In this document: in pieces, positions 19,563 through 31,419 of the stretch
Numbering within the stretch: the first letter of the stretch is position 1
How the letters are laid out: each line of letters opens with the position of its first letter
Sequence record: SRR31156797_4840
Length of the DNA: 64,000 bases
Reading direction: 5' to 3' (one strand)
Program-made: the position numbers and the translations under genes
The notes under the pieces: generated by a model
The model's input: only the letters and a program-made list of their open reading frames with translations
What the model was told of the DNA's origin: nothing
Databases searched by the model: none

Positions 19563-20672
19563 TTAAGGAAGTGTGATGACATTTTCTGAATCTTTGTCGA
19601 AGAAATGCGCTTTGTTGATGTTGAAAGCTAAATCAACTGTTTCACCTGGACGGTGGAAGTCGCGGGCATCAACTTTCGAGATAAATTCAGTCGCACCTAC
19701 ACGTGTATAAAGCATTGTTTCTGCACCTAATAGTTCAGATACGACCACTTCAGCACGTACAGTTGCTTCAGGAGAAGCTTCCAATGCGATTTGTTCACTG
19801 TGGATATCTTCTGGACGAATACCAAAGACTAATTGTTTGCCTTCGTAGCCTTTTTCAACAAGAATCTTATTCTTGCCTTCAGGAATACGTAAATTCAAAC
19901 TTTGACCATCAGAGATCATACCGTTATTCAACGTAACATTGAAGAAGTTCATTGCTGGTGAACCGATAAAGCCGGCAACGAAAATGTTTTTCGGTGTATT
20001 GTAGACTTCTTTTGGTGAACCGATTTGTTGAATGAAACCATCTTTCATGATAACGATCCGGTCAGCCATGGTCATCGCTTCTGTTTGGTCATGGGTTACA
20101 TAGATCGTCGTTGTTTCTAAACGTTGGTGTAATTTTGCGATTTCCGCACGCATGGCAACCCGCAATTTCGCATCTAAGTTTGACAATGGCTCATCCATCA
20201 AGAAGACTTTGGCATCACGAACGATGGCACGGCCTAAGGCAACCCGTTGACGCTGACCACCTGAAAGGGCAGCAGGTTTACGATCTAAGTATTCTGTCAA
20301 ACCTAAGATCTCAGCGGCATTTTCTACGCGTTTTTTGATTTCTTCTTTGTCGTATTTACGCAATTTCAAACCAAATGCCATGTTGTTGAAAACAGTCATA
20401 TGGGGATACAATGCGTAGTTCTGGAAAACCATCGCGATGTCGCGGTCTTTTGGTGCTACATCGTTCATTACTTTTCCACCGATGCTCAATTCGCCTTCAG
20501 AAATATCTTCTAAACCAGCGATCATTCGAAGGGTTGTTGATTTTCCGCAACCAGAAGGTCCAACGAAAACAATAAATTCGCGATCCGCGATATCTAAATT
20601 AAAATCAGTTACCGAATACGCATCATTATTGTCATATTTTTTGTGGATATTTTTTAAGGCCATTTCTACCAT
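19563..20672 (-). CDS. msmX: Shared sugar ABC ATPase MsmX/MsmK
   Basis: 'GPSGCGKST', '[12 protein letters not shown]', 'LSGGQRQR', C-terminal 'GIRPED' TOBE; preceded by a YxkF-like gene as in B. subtilis. Confidence 0.9.
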   Translation of the reverse strand: MVEMALKNIHKKYDNNDAYSVTDFNLDIADREFIVFVGPSGCGKSTTLRMIAGLEDISEGELSIGGKVMNDVAPKDRDIAMVFQNYALYPHMTVFNNMAFGLKLRKYDKEEIKKRVENAAEILGLTEYLDRKPAALSGGQRQRVALGRAIVRDAKVFLMDEPLSNLDAKLRVAMRAEIAKLHQRLETTTIYVTHDQTEAMTMADRIVIMKDGFIQQIGSPKEVYNTPKNIFVAGFIGSPAMNFFNVTLNNGMISDGQSLNLRIPEGKNKILVEKGYEGKQLVFGIRPEDIHSEQIALEASPEATVRAEVVVSELLGAETMLYTRVGATEFISKVDARDFHRPGETVDLAFNINKAHFFDKDSENVITLP

Positions 20673-20714
20673 TGGGATTACCTCTTTCCATTTAGTTTAC
20701 ATGAATAGCATAAA

Positions 20715-20777
20715 TGAAAACGCTTCGAATGCGCAACGGAAACCTGCACAAGAAAAAAACGTTTTCTTGTGCAGGTT
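20715..20777 (-). promoter_or_regulatory. msmX upstream region: cre site and a 16-bp perfect inverted repeat
   Basis: TGAAAACGCTTCGA 20715-20728; AACCTGCACAAGAAAA (20741-20756) / TTTTCTTGTGCAGGTT (20762-20777). Confidence 0.6.
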
Positions 20778-20779
20778 GT

Positions 20780-21655
20780 TTAATTGCTCTGATGGGTGAA
20801 TTGGTCGATCAGTAAATAGCAAAGCAGCAGATCATCCATATTTTTTAAATTTAAACGTGTCAGTGTTTGAAACTTATCGATCTTATATAGGAGAGAATTC
20901 CGATGCATGAACAGTTCTTTGGCAGTGGAACTCGCATTGCCTTGATTGCGCCACAGTGATTGAATGATCGTTTCGGTCTCTTCTTCAAACCAATCTAGAT
21001 ACAAGGTACGAAACAAGGAAATATACTCGGAAAAGCCATTGCGAAAAAGAGCGAAGACCACTTTGGGCAGATCAATACTTTTACTGGTAGTTTTCGTTTT
21101 TAACTCATTTTTAAACAGGGTAGATTCACTCGTCCATAAGGTAGTGAAGTCGTGGCGTGGGTGATGGAAGGGGCCAACGAACAGCTGGGAATAGCAGTCG
21201 AAATCCATATCCAAAGCCACGAATAAGCCGTCGAGATCTTCGATGGGTAAATTAGTGTCGTCTTGTTTTTCTACGATCACCGCATGGTCTTCGGTGAGGA
21301 AAAAAAGATCCACCACGCTAGGGAGCATTTGCTGGATCTCTGCGAGCCATTCGGATTGCAAGGAGTCAATGGTTCGGGTGAAATGAACTTGCAGCATTCG
21401 GACCCACGTTTGGTCTTGAACGGGCTGATGTTCAAATAAAATCGGATACCATGGATGGTTTCGGTTATCGATTTCTGGTTGCAAAGAGCCGTTTCCCAGT
21501 TGGATCAGCAGTTTTTCACTGTCACTTAATTGGTCAGTTGGCAGCCAAATATATTTTTTGCCGAAAGCGATGGATTCGATGTCCTTCGTTGTGGATACTT
21601 TGTCATGCAGCGTTGCCTGGGGGAAACGCGCTTTGATGTCATTAAAAGAAAAAAT
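20780..21655 (-). CDS. PucR/CdaR-type C-terminal HTH regulator (YxkF-like), apparent ATT start
   Basis: C-terminal 'NASSTAKELFMHRNSLLYKIDKF'. The frame stays open 57 codons upstream of the tracked start, to ATT at 21655, 7 nt after AAGGAGGT. Confidence 0.8.
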   Translation of the reverse strand: MFSFNDIKARFPQATLHDKVSTTKDIESIAFGKKYIWLPTDQLSDSEKLLIQLGNGSLQPEIDNRNHPWYPILFEHQPVQDQTWVRMLQVHFTRTIDSLQSEWLAEIQQMLPSVVDLFFLTEDHAVIVEKQDDTNLPIEDLDGLFVALDMDFDCYSQLFVGPFHHPRHDFTTLWTSESTLFKNELKTKTTSKSIDLPKVVFALFRNGFSEYISLFRTLYLDWFEEETETIIQSLWRNQGNASSTAKELFMHRNSLLYKIDKFQTLTRLNLKNMDDLLLCYLLIDQFTHQSN

Positions 21656-21813
21656 GAGAAAGACCTCCTTTGAGATACTCTACGTATTCTTCATTTAGTA
21701 TAGCATGTTCTAAAAAAACCGTTCAAAATTTTCCCAGAAAAAAGCACAGCCCTTCACCGAAATCTCTGCCTTTGCATGGCAGGAGGATTGCTTTTTTCCC
21801 GAAGCGATGGCTT

Positions 21814-22635
21814 CTATAATCCTAACAGTTGTTTTTTCTTTAAGGCAAATTCTTCTTCAGTCAAAATTCCTTCATCGACCAACATTTTCAGTTCGCGAAG
21901 ATCAGCAATGACCTGTTCCGTCGGGGTTACAGTTGGTCGCGGGGGCAGTATTGCATGCTCACGGGGGAAGTTAGTGAGATAGCGCTGTATGATCCGAGCA
22001 ATCAGCAGGTCTTTTTCGGCAAAGCAAAGGGAGTGGTTTGGTTCCGTCCTTCTGCGAGAATGGGTTTCTCTGATTGCCCCGCCGCCAATATACAGTTCCA
22101 AGAAGCCATTGCCTTTCCAAAGACCAGATTCGGCAACTTCTTTCAGACTGACACTGGTGATCTGGGGAATCTGCAAAACCTGTTTTGCTTTCTTCTTGTA
22201 ATCGAGGATCGTGAGGGTATCTTCTGCGATGATCCAAGCATCACGATAATGATAGGAAAGTAATTTGATTTTTCCAGCCTCTTCATCCACGTAACTTTTG
22301 GCTGATTGCCCACCAAGTGCTGCCAAATGATCCGTTAAAAATTCATAGGCTTTTTGGGCATCGATTCGATTGGTGAAATAGAGCAATTGAGAATTACCTG
22401 GTACCTGCAGTCGGAGGTAGTCCACTAAGAGACCTTTGCCTATATGTAATTCCACATCGGCAATTTTTGCCATGGGAATCTTTTCATCTGGGATTTTTGG
22501 ATGGGTGTTGTTTATCCAGACGCCTTTTTTCGTAATGAGCCAACGACAGCTGGCATCATGTCTGCGATTTTCTCGATATTTTTTTGAATACAAAATAATG
22601 GGTTCCTCGTAGGTTTCATTAGGTGTTCTCGTCAA
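21814..22635 (-). CDS. Hypothetical protein with two PH-like repeats and a C-terminal SHOCT domain
   Basis: 'LRELKMLVDEGILTEEEFALKKKQLL' SHOCT pattern; TTG start after AAGGAGG. Confidence 0.7.
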   Translation of the reverse strand: MTRTPNETYEEPIILYSKKYRENRRHDASCRWLITKKGVWINNTHPKIPDEKIPMAKIADVELHIGKGLLVDYLRLQVPGNSQLLYFTNRIDAQKAYEFLTDHLAALGGQSAKSYVDEEAGKIKLLSYHYRDAWIIAEDTLTILDYKKKAKQVLQIPQITSVSLKEVAESGLWKGNGFLELYIGGGAIRETHSRRRTEPNHSLCFAEKDLLIARIIQRYLTNFPREHAILPPRPTVTPTEQVIADLRELKMLVDEGILTEEEFALKKKQLLGL

Positions 22636-22786
22636 AATACTTACCTCCTTAAACGTAATAAGTAATATTTTATTCAATTATACAACAAATAGCGTTTTGA
22701 TTCGTTTTATTCTGATGAAAATAAGGGTATTTTGTCGTTTTTCTTCTTTTCGTTATGGTTTTTTAGAAAAAAATCCCTAGCAGCAA

Positions 22787-22831
22787 TTGACAAGGAAGCG
22801 GTTTCTTGGTATCTTAGATGTACGGACAACT
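22787..22831 (+). promoter_or_regulatory. ara operon promoter with cre and AraR operator
   Basis: TTGACA 22787-22792, 17 nt, TATCTT 22810-22815; cre-like AGGAAGCGGTTTCT in the spacer; AGATGTACGGACAACT 22816-22831 resembles the AraR box ATTTGTACGTACAAAT. Confidence 0.8.
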
Positions 22832-22850
22832 TTTGAAAGATGGGATTAAA

Positions 22851-23924
22851 ATGGCGAATAAGTACGAACAACTTGCGGATATCTTAAGAGAAAAGATCCG
22901 CTTAGGCACCTATCAAGAAGGCGATGCGATCCCTTCAGAAGCAACCTTACAGGAAGAATTTCATTATAGCCGCCACACGGTGCGCCAAGCGATCGCTGTT
23001 TTGGTCAATGAAGGCTATTTAAGAAAAGAACGGGGCTCAGGCACCTACGTTTCAAAACCTGAGACTGTCAATCATAAAAACCGCAAAACGATTGGGATCA
23101 TCATGACCTATTTGTCTGATTATATTTTCCCATCGATCATGCGTGGCGTGGAGCAGACATTGCGGGAGCAAGGCTACTCACTGCTTTTAGGCTCAACCAA
23201 CAATGACCATGAGCAAGAAAGAGCGTGCTTGCAGCAAATGATGGATCAAGGGGTAGACGGGTTGATCGTTGAACCAACTAAGAGCAGCCAGTACAACCCG
23301 AATCTTGCCTATTATGTCGCCCTCCAAGAAGCTGGGATTCCTCTCGTCATGATCAATGCCTATTACGAAGAACTAGACTTGCCGCATATTTGTGTCAACG
23401 ATACACGTTCTGGTTTTTTAGCAACCAATTATCTATTAGAACAACAGCATCAGCAGTTGATGATGATCACGAAAATCGATGACTTACAAGGGAAATATCG
23501 GATGAAAGGGTTTGTCAAAGCGTTGACCCAAGCCAAGCGGACGTTTGCAGCAGAAGACGTCTTGACGTATACGACGGAGACGAAAGAAGCCGTTATTGAA
23601 CAAGCGATCCAGCGCTTGACGGCTGCCGATAATCAAGTCACAGGCATCGTTTGTTACAACGATGAGATCGCGCATCGTTTGATTCAAGCATTGACGGCTG
23701 CTGGGAAGAACGTTCCTACTGATTTTTCGATCGTAGGAAACGATGACTCGCCCCTTAGCACCTTGTCCACACCGACGATCACCACACTGACTCACCCGAA
23801 AGAAGCGATGGGGGAATTGGCAGCACAATGGATCACTACAGGTAAGGCAACAGAAGCACAACACTTTTATTTTGAACCAGAGCTGATCGTTCGCGGTTCA
23901 GTCAATAACCAAAAAGGAGAGTAA
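22851..23924 (+). CDS. araR: Arabinose repressor (GntR HTH + LacI-type effector domain)
   Basis: GntR HTH, '[10 protein letters not shown]', 'IVEPTKS'; heads the ara operon. Confidence 0.93.
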   Translation: MANKYEQLADILREKIRLGTYQEGDAIPSEATLQEEFHYSRHTVRQAIAVLVNEGYLRKERGSGTYVSKPETVNHKNRKTIGIIMTYLSDYIFPSIMRGVEQTLREQGYSLLLGSTNNDHEQERACLQQMMDQGVDGLIVEPTKSSQYNPNLAYYVALQEAGIPLVMINAYYEELDLPHICVNDTRSGFLATNYLLEQQHQQLMMITKIDDLQGKYRMKGFVKALTQAKRTFAAEDVLTYTTETKEAVIEQAIQRLTAADNQVTGIVCYNDEIAHRLIQALTAAGKNVPTDFSIVGNDDSPLSTLSTPTITTLTHPKEAMGELAAQWITTGKATEAQHFYFEPELIVRGSVNNQKGE

Positions 23925-23928
23925 GAAG

Positions 23929-25524
23929 ATGACGCAACAAGTAAGGCAAGCAATTATTGACGGGCGCACGTCTCTTGGGATCGAGCTAGGCTCGACACGG
24001 ATCAAAGCTGTCTTGATCGATGAGCGGTTTCAGACGATCGCTTCTGGCAGCTTTGAATGGGAAAATCAATTGGAGCAAGGGATTTGGACCTACTCGCTAG
24101 AAGCGATTTGGCAAGGACTGCAAGCCAGCTACCAAGAGTTGGCGCACAATATCCAGCAGCAATTCGAGGTACCTTTGACGACGATCGGCAGTATCGGTTT
24201 TTCTGCAATGATGCACGGCTATATGGCCTTTGATCAGCAAGGCACGCTGTTGGTCCCTTTTCGGACATGGCGCAATGCGATCACGGAAGAAGCAGAAAAA
24301 GCTTTGACGGCATTGTTCCAATACAACATCCCGCAGCGTTGGAGTATCGCGCACTTGTATCAAGCGATTTTGAATCAAGAAGCTCACGTACCAGAGGTCG
24401 CTTTTTTCACTACCTTAGCCGGCTATGTCCATTGGCAGCTGACAGGAGAAAAAGTTATCGGAATCGGTGATGCATCTGGGATGTTCCCAATCGATAGTAC
24501 GACAAAAAACTATGATGCGAATATGCTGCAGCAATTTGATGCGCAAATCAGCAGTCAGGGGTATCCTTGGCAGATCAAAGACCTTTTGCCACAAGTGTTG
24601 ACAGCAGGCGAACCAGCCGGCACATTGACGGCAGAAGGCGCAAAAAAACTCGACCCAACCGGTACCTTGCAAGCCGGCATCCCGTTATGTCCGCCAGAAG
24701 GCGATGCGGGCACTGGCATGGTTGCCACGAATAGTGTGGCACAGCGAAGCGGGAATGTTTCAGCCGGGACGTCGGCTTTTGCCATGATCGTCTTAGAAGA
24801 ACCCTTAACGCAAGTGTATCCAGAGATCGATTTGGTCACGACGCCTTCTGGTGATTTGGTGGGGATGGTCCATACGAATAACTGTACCTCGGAGATCAAT
24901 GCCTGGGTCAAACTTTTCCGCGAATTTGCCGACGCAGCTGGAATGAAACTTTCCACGGAAGAATTGTTTGCGACCTTATTCAACGAAGCATTGAAAGGGG
25001 ATTCAGACTGTGGTGGGATGCTTTCTTATGGCTATTATTCTGGTGAAAATATCACTAAGATCCCTGAAGGACGGCCGCTTTTCGTCCGATCGCCAGAGAG
25101 TTCTTTTACTTTAGCAAATTTCATGCGCTTACATCTGTTTAGTGCCTTTGGTGCGATGAAGATCGGGCTGAAGATTCTGGAAGCCGAAGACGTCGCCATT
25201 GATCGAATCGTTGGTCACGGTGGGATCTTCAAGACGCCAGAAGTTGCCCAACGTGTCTTGGCAGCTGTCATGGAAGCCCCAGTCACGGTCATGGAAACGG
25301 CTGGTGAAGGCGGCGCCTGGGGGATCGCCCTTTTAGCAGCATACCTTCGCCGTCACACGCCAGAACAATCCTTGGCAGCATTCTTAGCAGATCAAGTGTT
25401 TAAAAATGACCACGGCGTGACGTTAGCCCCAACGGAAGCGGACATTCAGGGATTCACCGTCTTTACCCAACGTTACCAAGCAGGGTTGCCGATCGAGCAA
25501 GCGGCAATCGATGCGTTGATTTAA
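23929..25524 (+). CDS. araB: L-ribulokinase (FGGY family, Firmicutes AraB/AraK type)
   Basis: '[12 protein letters not shown]', 'SAMMHGY', '[10 protein letters not shown]'; located between araR and araD. Confidence 0.88.
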   Translation: MTQQVRQAIIDGRTSLGIELGSTRIKAVLIDERFQTIASGSFEWENQLEQGIWTYSLEAIWQGLQASYQELAHNIQQQFEVPLTTIGSIGFSAMMHGYMAFDQQGTLLVPFRTWRNAITEEAEKALTALFQYNIPQRWSIAHLYQAILNQEAHVPEVAFFTTLAGYVHWQLTGEKVIGIGDASGMFPIDSTTKNYDANMLQQFDAQISSQGYPWQIKDLLPQVLTAGEPAGTLTAEGAKKLDPTGTLQAGIPLCPPEGDAGTGMVATNSVAQRSGNVSAGTSAFAMIVLEEPLTQVYPEIDLVTTPSGDLVGMVHTNNCTSEINAWVKLFREFADAAGMKLSTEELFATLFNEALKGDSDCGGMLSYGYYSGENITKIPEGRPLFVRSPESSFTLANFMRLHLFSAFGAMKIGLKILEAEDVAIDRIVGHGGIFKTPEVAQRVLAAVMEAPVTVMETAGEGGAWGIALLAAYLRRHTPEQSLAAFLADQVFKNDHGVTLAPTEADIQGFTVFTQRYQAGLPIEQAAIDALI

Positions 25525-25543
25525 AAAGAAAGAAGGGAATTTT

Positions 25544-26239
25544 GTGTTAGAAGGATTAAAAGAAGAAGTCTTTCAAGCCAATTTGGCATTGCCGAAGCAA
25601 GGATTGATCAAATACACCTGGGGCAATGTGTCAGCAGTGGATCGCCAACAGCAGTTGTTTGTCATCAAACCTAGCGGTGTTGACTATGAAACCATGCAAG
25701 CCAGTGATATGGTGGTTTGTGATTTTGAAGGCAACGTAGTGGAAGGAGCAAAAAATCCTTCCTCCGATACGCCGACGCATGCCGCTTTATACAAAGCATT
25801 TCCAGAAATTGGTGGGATCGTCCATACCCATTCTACTTGGGCAACGAGCTGGGCTCAGGCAGGACTCGATCTGCCAGCGATGGGCACGACCCATGCCGAT
25901 ACGTTTTATGGAGCAGTCCCCTGTGCCCGCTTTTTGACGCAAGCCGAGATCGATGAAGGCTATGAAGCACAAACAGGACAGGTGATCGTCGAAACCTTTA
26001 AGGAACGCGGCATCACGCCAGAAGAAATTCCTGGTGTCTTGCTTCACGGTCATGGACCGTTTACCTGGGGCAAAACGGCGGATGCGGCGGTGATGAACGC
26101 AGTTGTCTTAGAAGAAGTCGCTAAGATGAATTTTATCACGCACCAGCTCAACAGTTACGCACCCGAATTGCCGCAGCGGGTCTTAGACAAACATTATTTA
26201 CGCAAACATGGAGAAAATGCCTATTACGGGCAAAAATAA
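25544..26239 (+). CDS. araD: L-ribulose-5-phosphate 4-epimerase
   Basis: 'TWGNVS', 'IKPSGV', 'PSSDTPTH', 'HTHS', '[15 protein letters not shown]'. Confidence 0.96.
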   Translation: MLEGLKEEVFQANLALPKQGLIKYTWGNVSAVDRQQQLFVIKPSGVDYETMQASDMVVCDFEGNVVEGAKNPSSDTPTHAALYKAFPEIGGIVHTHSTWATSWAQAGLDLPAMGTTHADTFYGAVPCARFLTQAEIDEGYEAQTGQVIVETFKERGITPEEIPGVLLHGHGPFTWGKTADAAVMNAVVLEEVAKMNFITHQLNSYAPELPQRVLDKHYLRKHGENAYYGQK

Positions 26240-26258
26240 CGAAAAAGGAGCAAGTAGA

Positions 26259-27683
26259 ATGTTAGAAATCGGGAAAAAAGAATTTTGGTTCGTCGTAGGA
26301 TCACAGCACTTATATGGAGAAGAAGCATTACAAGAAGTACGGGATCATGCAGAAGAAATGGTCAAAAGCTTAAATGACAGCTCAAAGCTGCCTTATCCAG
26401 TTGTTTTACAAGAACTCGCTGTTACTGCCGATACGATTACGAAAATCATGAAAGAAGTCAACTATCGGGATGAAGTCGCTGGGGTGATCACCTGGATGCA
26501 CACCTTCTCACCTGCAAAAATGTGGATTCGCGGCACGAAATTATTACAAAAACCATTGCTGCACCTTGCCACTCAATACAATGAACAAATTCCATGGGAA
26601 ACCATCGATATGGACTTTATGAACTTGAACCAAGCGGCTCATGGTGACCGAGAATACGGATTTATCAATGCCCGTTTGAAAAAGCAAAACAAAATCGTTG
26701 TCGGTTATTGGAAAAATGAAGCCATCCAAAAAGAAATTGCTGCTTGGATGGACGTGGCAGTCGGCTACAATGAAAGCTTCCAAATCAAAGTCGCTCGTTT
26801 TGGCGACAACATGCGTAACGTTGGGGTGACGGAAGGCGACAAAGTCGAAGCACAGATCCAATTTGGTTGGACCGTTGATTATTTTGGGATCGGCGATTTG
26901 GTACAAGTCGTCGATGCGGTGACTGACGAAGAAGTCGATGCACTCTTTGAAGAATACAGCCAGCTGTATGATTTCGATTATGGCGATTACGACAAAGAAG
27001 AGTGGGCACGTCATGTCAAAGCACAAGCCAAACAAGAAATCGGTCTGCGCCGCTTCCTTGAAGCAGGCGGCTATACGGCATTCACCACGAACTTTGAAGA
27101 CTTGTATGGTATGCAGCAGTTGCCTGGTTTAGCTGTACAACGCTTGATGGCAGAAGGCTATGGGTTTGCCGGTGAAGGGGACTGGAAAACAGCCGCTATT
27201 GACCGCTTGATGAAAATCATGGCTCACAATAAAGCGACTGGCTTTATGGAAGACTACACCTATGAGCTGACACCAGGAAAAGAAGCCATCTTGCAATCCC
27301 ACATGATGGAAGTCGATCCGGTATTAGCAGCCAGCAAACCAAAAATCGTGGTTTCGCCATTGTCGATGGGGGATCGTGAAGACCCAGCCCGGCTCGTCTT
27401 TGACGGCCAAGGCGGCGAAGGTGTCGTGGTTTCGATGGCCGACTTTGGCACACACTACAAATTATTGATCAATGAAGTCGATGCCTTTGAGCCAACTGAA
27501 GAAGCACCAAAACTACCGGTTGCACGAGTAATGTGGACGCCAAAACCAAACTTCCACGATGGCGTCAAACAGTGGATCGAAACAGGCGGTGGCCATCACA
27601 CCGTTGTCTCACTTGTCTTAAATTCTGATCAGATCGAAACATGGGCGAAGCTTGTGGGATTAGAATACGTAACGATCAAATAA
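26259..27683 (+). CDS. araA: L-arabinose isomerase
   Basis: 'GSQHLYG', '[11 protein letters not shown]', 'AHGDRE', 'GEGDWK', 'FMEDYTY', 'GGGHH'. Confidence 0.96.
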   Translation: MLEIGKKEFWFVVGSQHLYGEEALQEVRDHAEEMVKSLNDSSKLPYPVVLQELAVTADTITKIMKEVNYRDEVAGVITWMHTFSPAKMWIRGTKLLQKPLLHLATQYNEQIPWETIDMDFMNLNQAAHGDREYGFINARLKKQNKIVVGYWKNEAIQKEIAAWMDVAVGYNESFQIKVARFGDNMRNVGVTEGDKVEAQIQFGWTVDYFGIGDLVQVVDAVTDEEVDALFEEYSQLYDFDYGDYDKEEWARHVKAQAKQEIGLRRFLEAGGYTAFTTNFEDLYGMQQLPGLAVQRLMAEGYGFAGEGDWKTAAIDRLMKIMAHNKATGFMEDYTYELTPGKEAILQSHMMEVDPVLAASKPKIVVSPLSMGDREDPARLVFDGQGGEGVVVSMADFGTHYKLLINEVDAFEPTEEAPKLPVARVMWTPKPNFHDGVKQWIETGGGHHTVVSLVLNSDQIETWAKLVGLEYVTIK

Positions 27684-27696
27684 GTACCCAATCACA

Positions 27697-27740
27697 AAAG
27701 AAACCGTTGGCGATAGTCGGCGGTTTCTTTGCGTTTTTCT
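27697..27740 (+). terminator. Terminator of the ara operon
   Basis: AAAGAAACCGTTGG...TCGGCGGTTTCTTT followed by T-rich tail. Confidence 0.7.
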
Positions 27741-27880
27741 TAAGCTTTCTTGCCTTCTGGCTGCAAAGTGCAGACAAGCAAACCCTTGAAAGCACCAGCA
27801 ATCAGCAAAATTGACTTTTAAATATAGGGGGCATAGACTTTTATGTAAGAGTGGAACAATGGACTAAAAGGAGGAGCACA

Positions 27881-30247
27881 ATGAAGACAACTTACGATAC
27901 ACCAGAGTATTATCAGAAAATGAACGCTTGGTGGCGAGCAGCCAACTACCTTTCCGTTGGTCAGATCTATTTGAAAGACAATCCCTTATTGCGCCGCCCC
28001 ATCGAAGAAAAAGATTTAAAAGTGAATCCAATTGGTCACTGGGGAACGATCGCAGGACAAAATTTTATTTACACCCATCTCAATCGCGTCATCAATAAGT
28101 ACGACTTAAACATGTTTTATATCGAAGGACCAGGCCATGGCGGACAAGTCATGGTTGCGAATGCTTATTTAGACGGCAGCTACAGCGAGATCTATCCAAA
28201 AGCCACCCAAGACGAAGTAGGGATGAAACATCTATTCAAAACCTTCTCTTTCCCAGGTGGGATCGCTTCTCATGCGGCACCTGAAACGCCAGGTTCGATC
28301 CATGAAGGCGGCGAGCTAGGCTATTCCATCGCCCACGCTACCGGAGCTATTTTAGACAATCCCGATGTCATTGCAGCAGTAGTGGTCGGTGATGGTGAAG
28401 CCGAAACCGGACCATTAGCGGGCAGCTGGTTTTCAAATACCTTTATCAATCCAGTCAATGATGGCGCAATTTTGCCTATCTTGCATTTGAATGGCGCCAA
28501 AATTGCCAATCCAACGATTTTGGCTCGTAAAAGCGACCAAGATCTCACGAAATATTTTGAAGGCATGGGGTGGACCCCTTATTTCGTAGAAGGGGACGAT
28601 CCAGAAGCGGTTCATCCGCAATTGGCACAGAAGATGGATCAAGCCATCGAACAGATCCACGCGATCCAAGCAGAAGCCCGCAAAAGTTCTGCGGAAGAAG
28701 CCGCTATGCCTCATTGGCCTGTTTTAATCGTTCGCACACCAAAAGGGTGGACTGGACCGAAAGTCTGGGATGGCGAGCCGATTGAAGGGGGATTCCGTGC
28801 CCACCAAGTGCCGATCCCGGTCAATGCAAAACACATGGAACACGTGGATGCTTTGACGGATTGGCTGCAGTCTTATCGTCCAGAAGAGCTTTTTGACGAA
28901 AACGGCCGCATCAACCCTGAGATTCAAGAATTGGCGCCAAAAGGGGAGCAACGGATGGCGGTCAACCCAATCACCAACGGGGGGATCGATCCGCAACCGT
29001 TACGCTTGCCAGATTGGCAAGCACATGCCATTGCGATTGAGACACCAGGGGAAACGACTGCCCAAGATATGATGGTCTTTGGAAAATTTGCCCGTGACAT
29101 CATCAAAGAAAATCCTGACAACTTCCGCATTTTTGGCCCAGATGAAGCCAAATCCAATCGGTTGAACCATGTGTTCGAAGTCACGGACCGCCAATGGTTG
29201 GAGCCAAAATATCCTGATTATGATGAATGGCTGTCTTCAGTGGGCCGTGTGATTGATTCACAATTATCAGAACATCAAGCAGAAGGCTTCTTGGAAGGCT
29301 ATGTGCTGACAGGGCGTCATGGCTTCTTTGCCAGCTACGAGTCATTCCTAAGAGTTGTTGATTCTATGATCACGCAGCACTTCAAATGGTTACGAAAAGC
29401 CCATGATCTTGACTGGCGCAACCCGTACCCCTCATTGAATTTGATCGCTTCATCAACGGTCTTCCAACAAGACCATAATGGGTACACCCACCAAGATCCA
29501 GGGATCATGACCCATATTGCAGAGAAAAAAGCCGACTTTGTGCGGGTCTACTTGCCAGCCGATGCCAATAGCTTGATGGCTGTCATGGCAGAAACGCTCG
29601 CTTCTGAAGAAAAGATCAATCTAGTGGTCTCTTCGAAACACCCACGTCCGCAGTTTTATTCGGCGGATGAAGCGAAAGTGCTTGTCAAAGATGGCTTGAA
29701 AGTCATCGACTGGGCATCGACAGATGAAGGACAAGAACCGGACATTGTGATCGCAGCTGCCGGGACGGAACCGAATTTGGAAGCATTAGGTGCTGTTTCC
29801 TTGCTGATTGAAGCCTTCCCAGAGTTGAAAGTCCGCTTCATCAATGTGGTCGATCTATTGAAATTGCGTCGTCCAGAAGTCGATCCTCGTGGGTTGAGCG
29901 ATGAAGCATTCGAAGGCTACTTTACGAAAGACAAACCGATCGTGTTTGCTTTCCACGGGTATGAAGGACTGATTCGCGACATCTTCTTTGGCCGTCGCAA
30001 CCAACAGCTTCATATTCATGGGTACCGAGAAAATGGCGACATCACGACACCGTTTGATATGCGGATCCTTTCTGAATTGGATCGCTTCCACTTAGCCAAA
30101 GACGCCGCCGAATGGGTCTATGGAGAAAAAGCAACGGACTTTGCCAAAAAAATGGCAGATACCGTTGCGTATCACCATGACTTTATTCGAGAAAACGGCT
30201 ATGATATCGCCGAAGTCGAAGAGTGGGAATGGAAACCATTGCGTTGA
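27881..30247 (+). CDS. xfp: Xylulose-5-P/fructose-6-P phosphoketolase
   Basis: 'GHWGT', 'GPGHG', 'HEGGELGY', TPP motif 'GDGEAETG', 'LSEHQAEG', 'QDHNGYTHQ'; own promoter TTGACT-17-TAGACT. Confidence 0.95.
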   Translation: MKTTYDTPEYYQKMNAWWRAANYLSVGQIYLKDNPLLRRPIEEKDLKVNPIGHWGTIAGQNFIYTHLNRVINKYDLNMFYIEGPGHGGQVMVANAYLDGSYSEIYPKATQDEVGMKHLFKTFSFPGGIASHAAPETPGSIHEGGELGYSIAHATGAILDNPDVIAAVVVGDGEAETGPLAGSWFSNTFINPVNDGAILPILHLNGAKIANPTILARKSDQDLTKYFEGMGWTPYFVEGDDPEAVHPQLAQKMDQAIEQIHAIQAEARKSSAEEAAMPHWPVLIVRTPKGWTGPKVWDGEPIEGGFRAHQVPIPVNAKHMEHVDALTDWLQSYRPEELFDENGRINPEIQELAPKGEQRMAVNPITNGGIDPQPLRLPDWQAHAIAIETPGETTAQDMMVFGKFARDIIKENPDNFRIFGPDEAKSNRLNHVFEVTDRQWLEPKYPDYDEWLSSVGRVIDSQLSEHQAEGFLEGYVLTGRHGFFASYESFLRVVDSMITQHFKWLRKAHDLDWRNPYPSLNLIASSTVFQQDHNGYTHQDPGIMTHIAEKKADFVRVYLPADANSLMAVMAETLASEEKINLVVSSKHPRPQFYSADEAKVLVKDGLKVIDWASTDEGQEPDIVIAAAGTEPNLEALGAVSLLIEAFPELKVRFINVVDLLKLRRPEVDPRGLSDEAFEGYFTKDKPIVFAFHGYEGLIRDIFFGRRNQQLHIHGYRENGDITTPFDMRILSELDRFHLAKDAAEWVYGEKATDFAKKMADTVAYHHDFIRENGYDIAEVEEWEWKPLR

Positions 30248-30297
30248 TTTTTTCTCCATAACACCAACGTAAGACAATTTAAGAACAAAATAAGTAC

Positions 30298-30367
30298 AAA
30301 ACGATCCGCAACAGGGTCGGGACGCCTTACCAAGGAAGGCCGACCGACTGTCTGCGGATCGTTTTTT
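30298..30367. terminator. Long compound bidirectional hairpin/terminator
   Basis: AAAACGATCCGCA...GGTCGG...CCGACC...TGCGGATCGTTTT between convergent xfp and the LysR gene. Confidence 0.75.
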
Positions 30368-31287
30368 TAAAAGACGTCGAAACCGTAATTTTTGATATGC
30401 TGCTTCAACAAGGCGAGATAGTCCAAAGCCATCTCGCTCAGTTCCATTTTCTTGTGTTTGAGGTAACCTAGTGTCATCGCATCATCGACTTCCAAAGGAA
30501 TCGCAACGATTTTTTCATCATTCAGCTCACTGCTGATGATCCCAGAGCTGATGGTATAGCCGTTGAGACCCACCATCAAATTGAAAATCGTGGCACGATC
30601 GCTGATGCGAATGTGTTTTTTGCGTTGTAAAGTGCTTAAGATCTCTTCAGAAAAGTAGAAGGAATTGGTTTCCCCTTGTTCGTACGACAAATAGGTATAA
30701 GGTTCCAAATCAGCTAATGTGATGCTTTTTTTCTGAGTCAGTGGATTTTCTCGGCCGATGAAGACGTGAGGTTTGGCTTCAAATAAAGGAATGAATTGCA
30801 GGTCTTTTTCGTGGATCAAACGGGTGAGGACCGTCGTGTTGAAATCATTCAGATAAATGACCCCCAATTCGCTCTTAAACGTCTGGATATCATCCAGTAC
30901 ATTTTGTGTTTGGGTCTCCCGCAAGGTGAATTGAAATTCATCTTCCCCTAACTGTTTGACCAGCTCCACGAAGGCGTGGACGACGAAGGCATAGTGCTGC
31001 GCAGAAACACTGAAAACATGCTTGCGATGGCTGTCTTTGCGAAAGCGTTCGTCCAAGAGATTGACTTGGTCTAAAACATTTCGAGCATAATTGAGAAAGG
31101 AACGGCCATCATCGGTCAAGGTCACCCCTAATTTACTGCGGTAAAACAGCTGCAGATCATATTCTTTTTCCAACTCTTTCATGGCTTGAGAGAGGGAGGG
31201 CTGACTGATGAAAAGCTGTTTGGCGGCTTCATTGAAAGAGCCGGTCTCTACGATTTTTTCCAAATATTCAAGCTGCTGGATACGCAT
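30367..31287 (-). CDS. mtaR: LysR-family methionine regulator (MtaR/MetR-like)
   Basis: 'MRIQQLEYL..IVETGSFNEAAKQLFISQPSLS', 'SAQHYAFVV', 'DRATIFNLM' resemble streptococcal MtaR; divergent from a metE-like gene. Confidence 0.8.
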   Translation of the reverse strand: MRIQQLEYLEKIVETGSFNEAAKQLFISQPSLSQAMKELEKEYDLQLFYRSKLGVTLTDDGRSFLNYARNVLDQVNLLDERFRKDSHRKHVFSVSAQHYAFVVHAFVELVKQLGEDEFQFTLRETQTQNVLDDIQTFKSELGVIYLNDFNTTVLTRLIHEKDLQFIPLFEAKPHVFIGRENPLTQKKSITLADLEPYTYLSYEQGETNSFYFSEEILSTLQRKKHIRISDRATIFNLMVGLNGYTISSGIISSELNDEKIVAIPLEVDDAMTLGYLKHKKMELSEMALDYLALLKQHIKNYGFDVF

Positions 31288-31310
31288 CGGAAGCAACCTC
31301 CTTTTTATGT

Positions 31311-31357
31311 TATAGGTATTGCCTATGGAATATATAAGTTTATAAGTATTATCTATA
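31311..31357. promoter_or_regulatory. Two MET-box-like (MtaR) sites
   Basis: TATAGGTATTGCCTATG 31311-31327 and TATAAGTATTATCTATA 31341-31357, versus consensus TATAGTTnnnAACTATA. Confidence 0.6.
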
Positions 31358-31419
31358 GTATAAGATGTTTGCTAGAATAAATCTAACAATTTTGAAAACT
31401 TTGTATAGGAGGAATGGAT

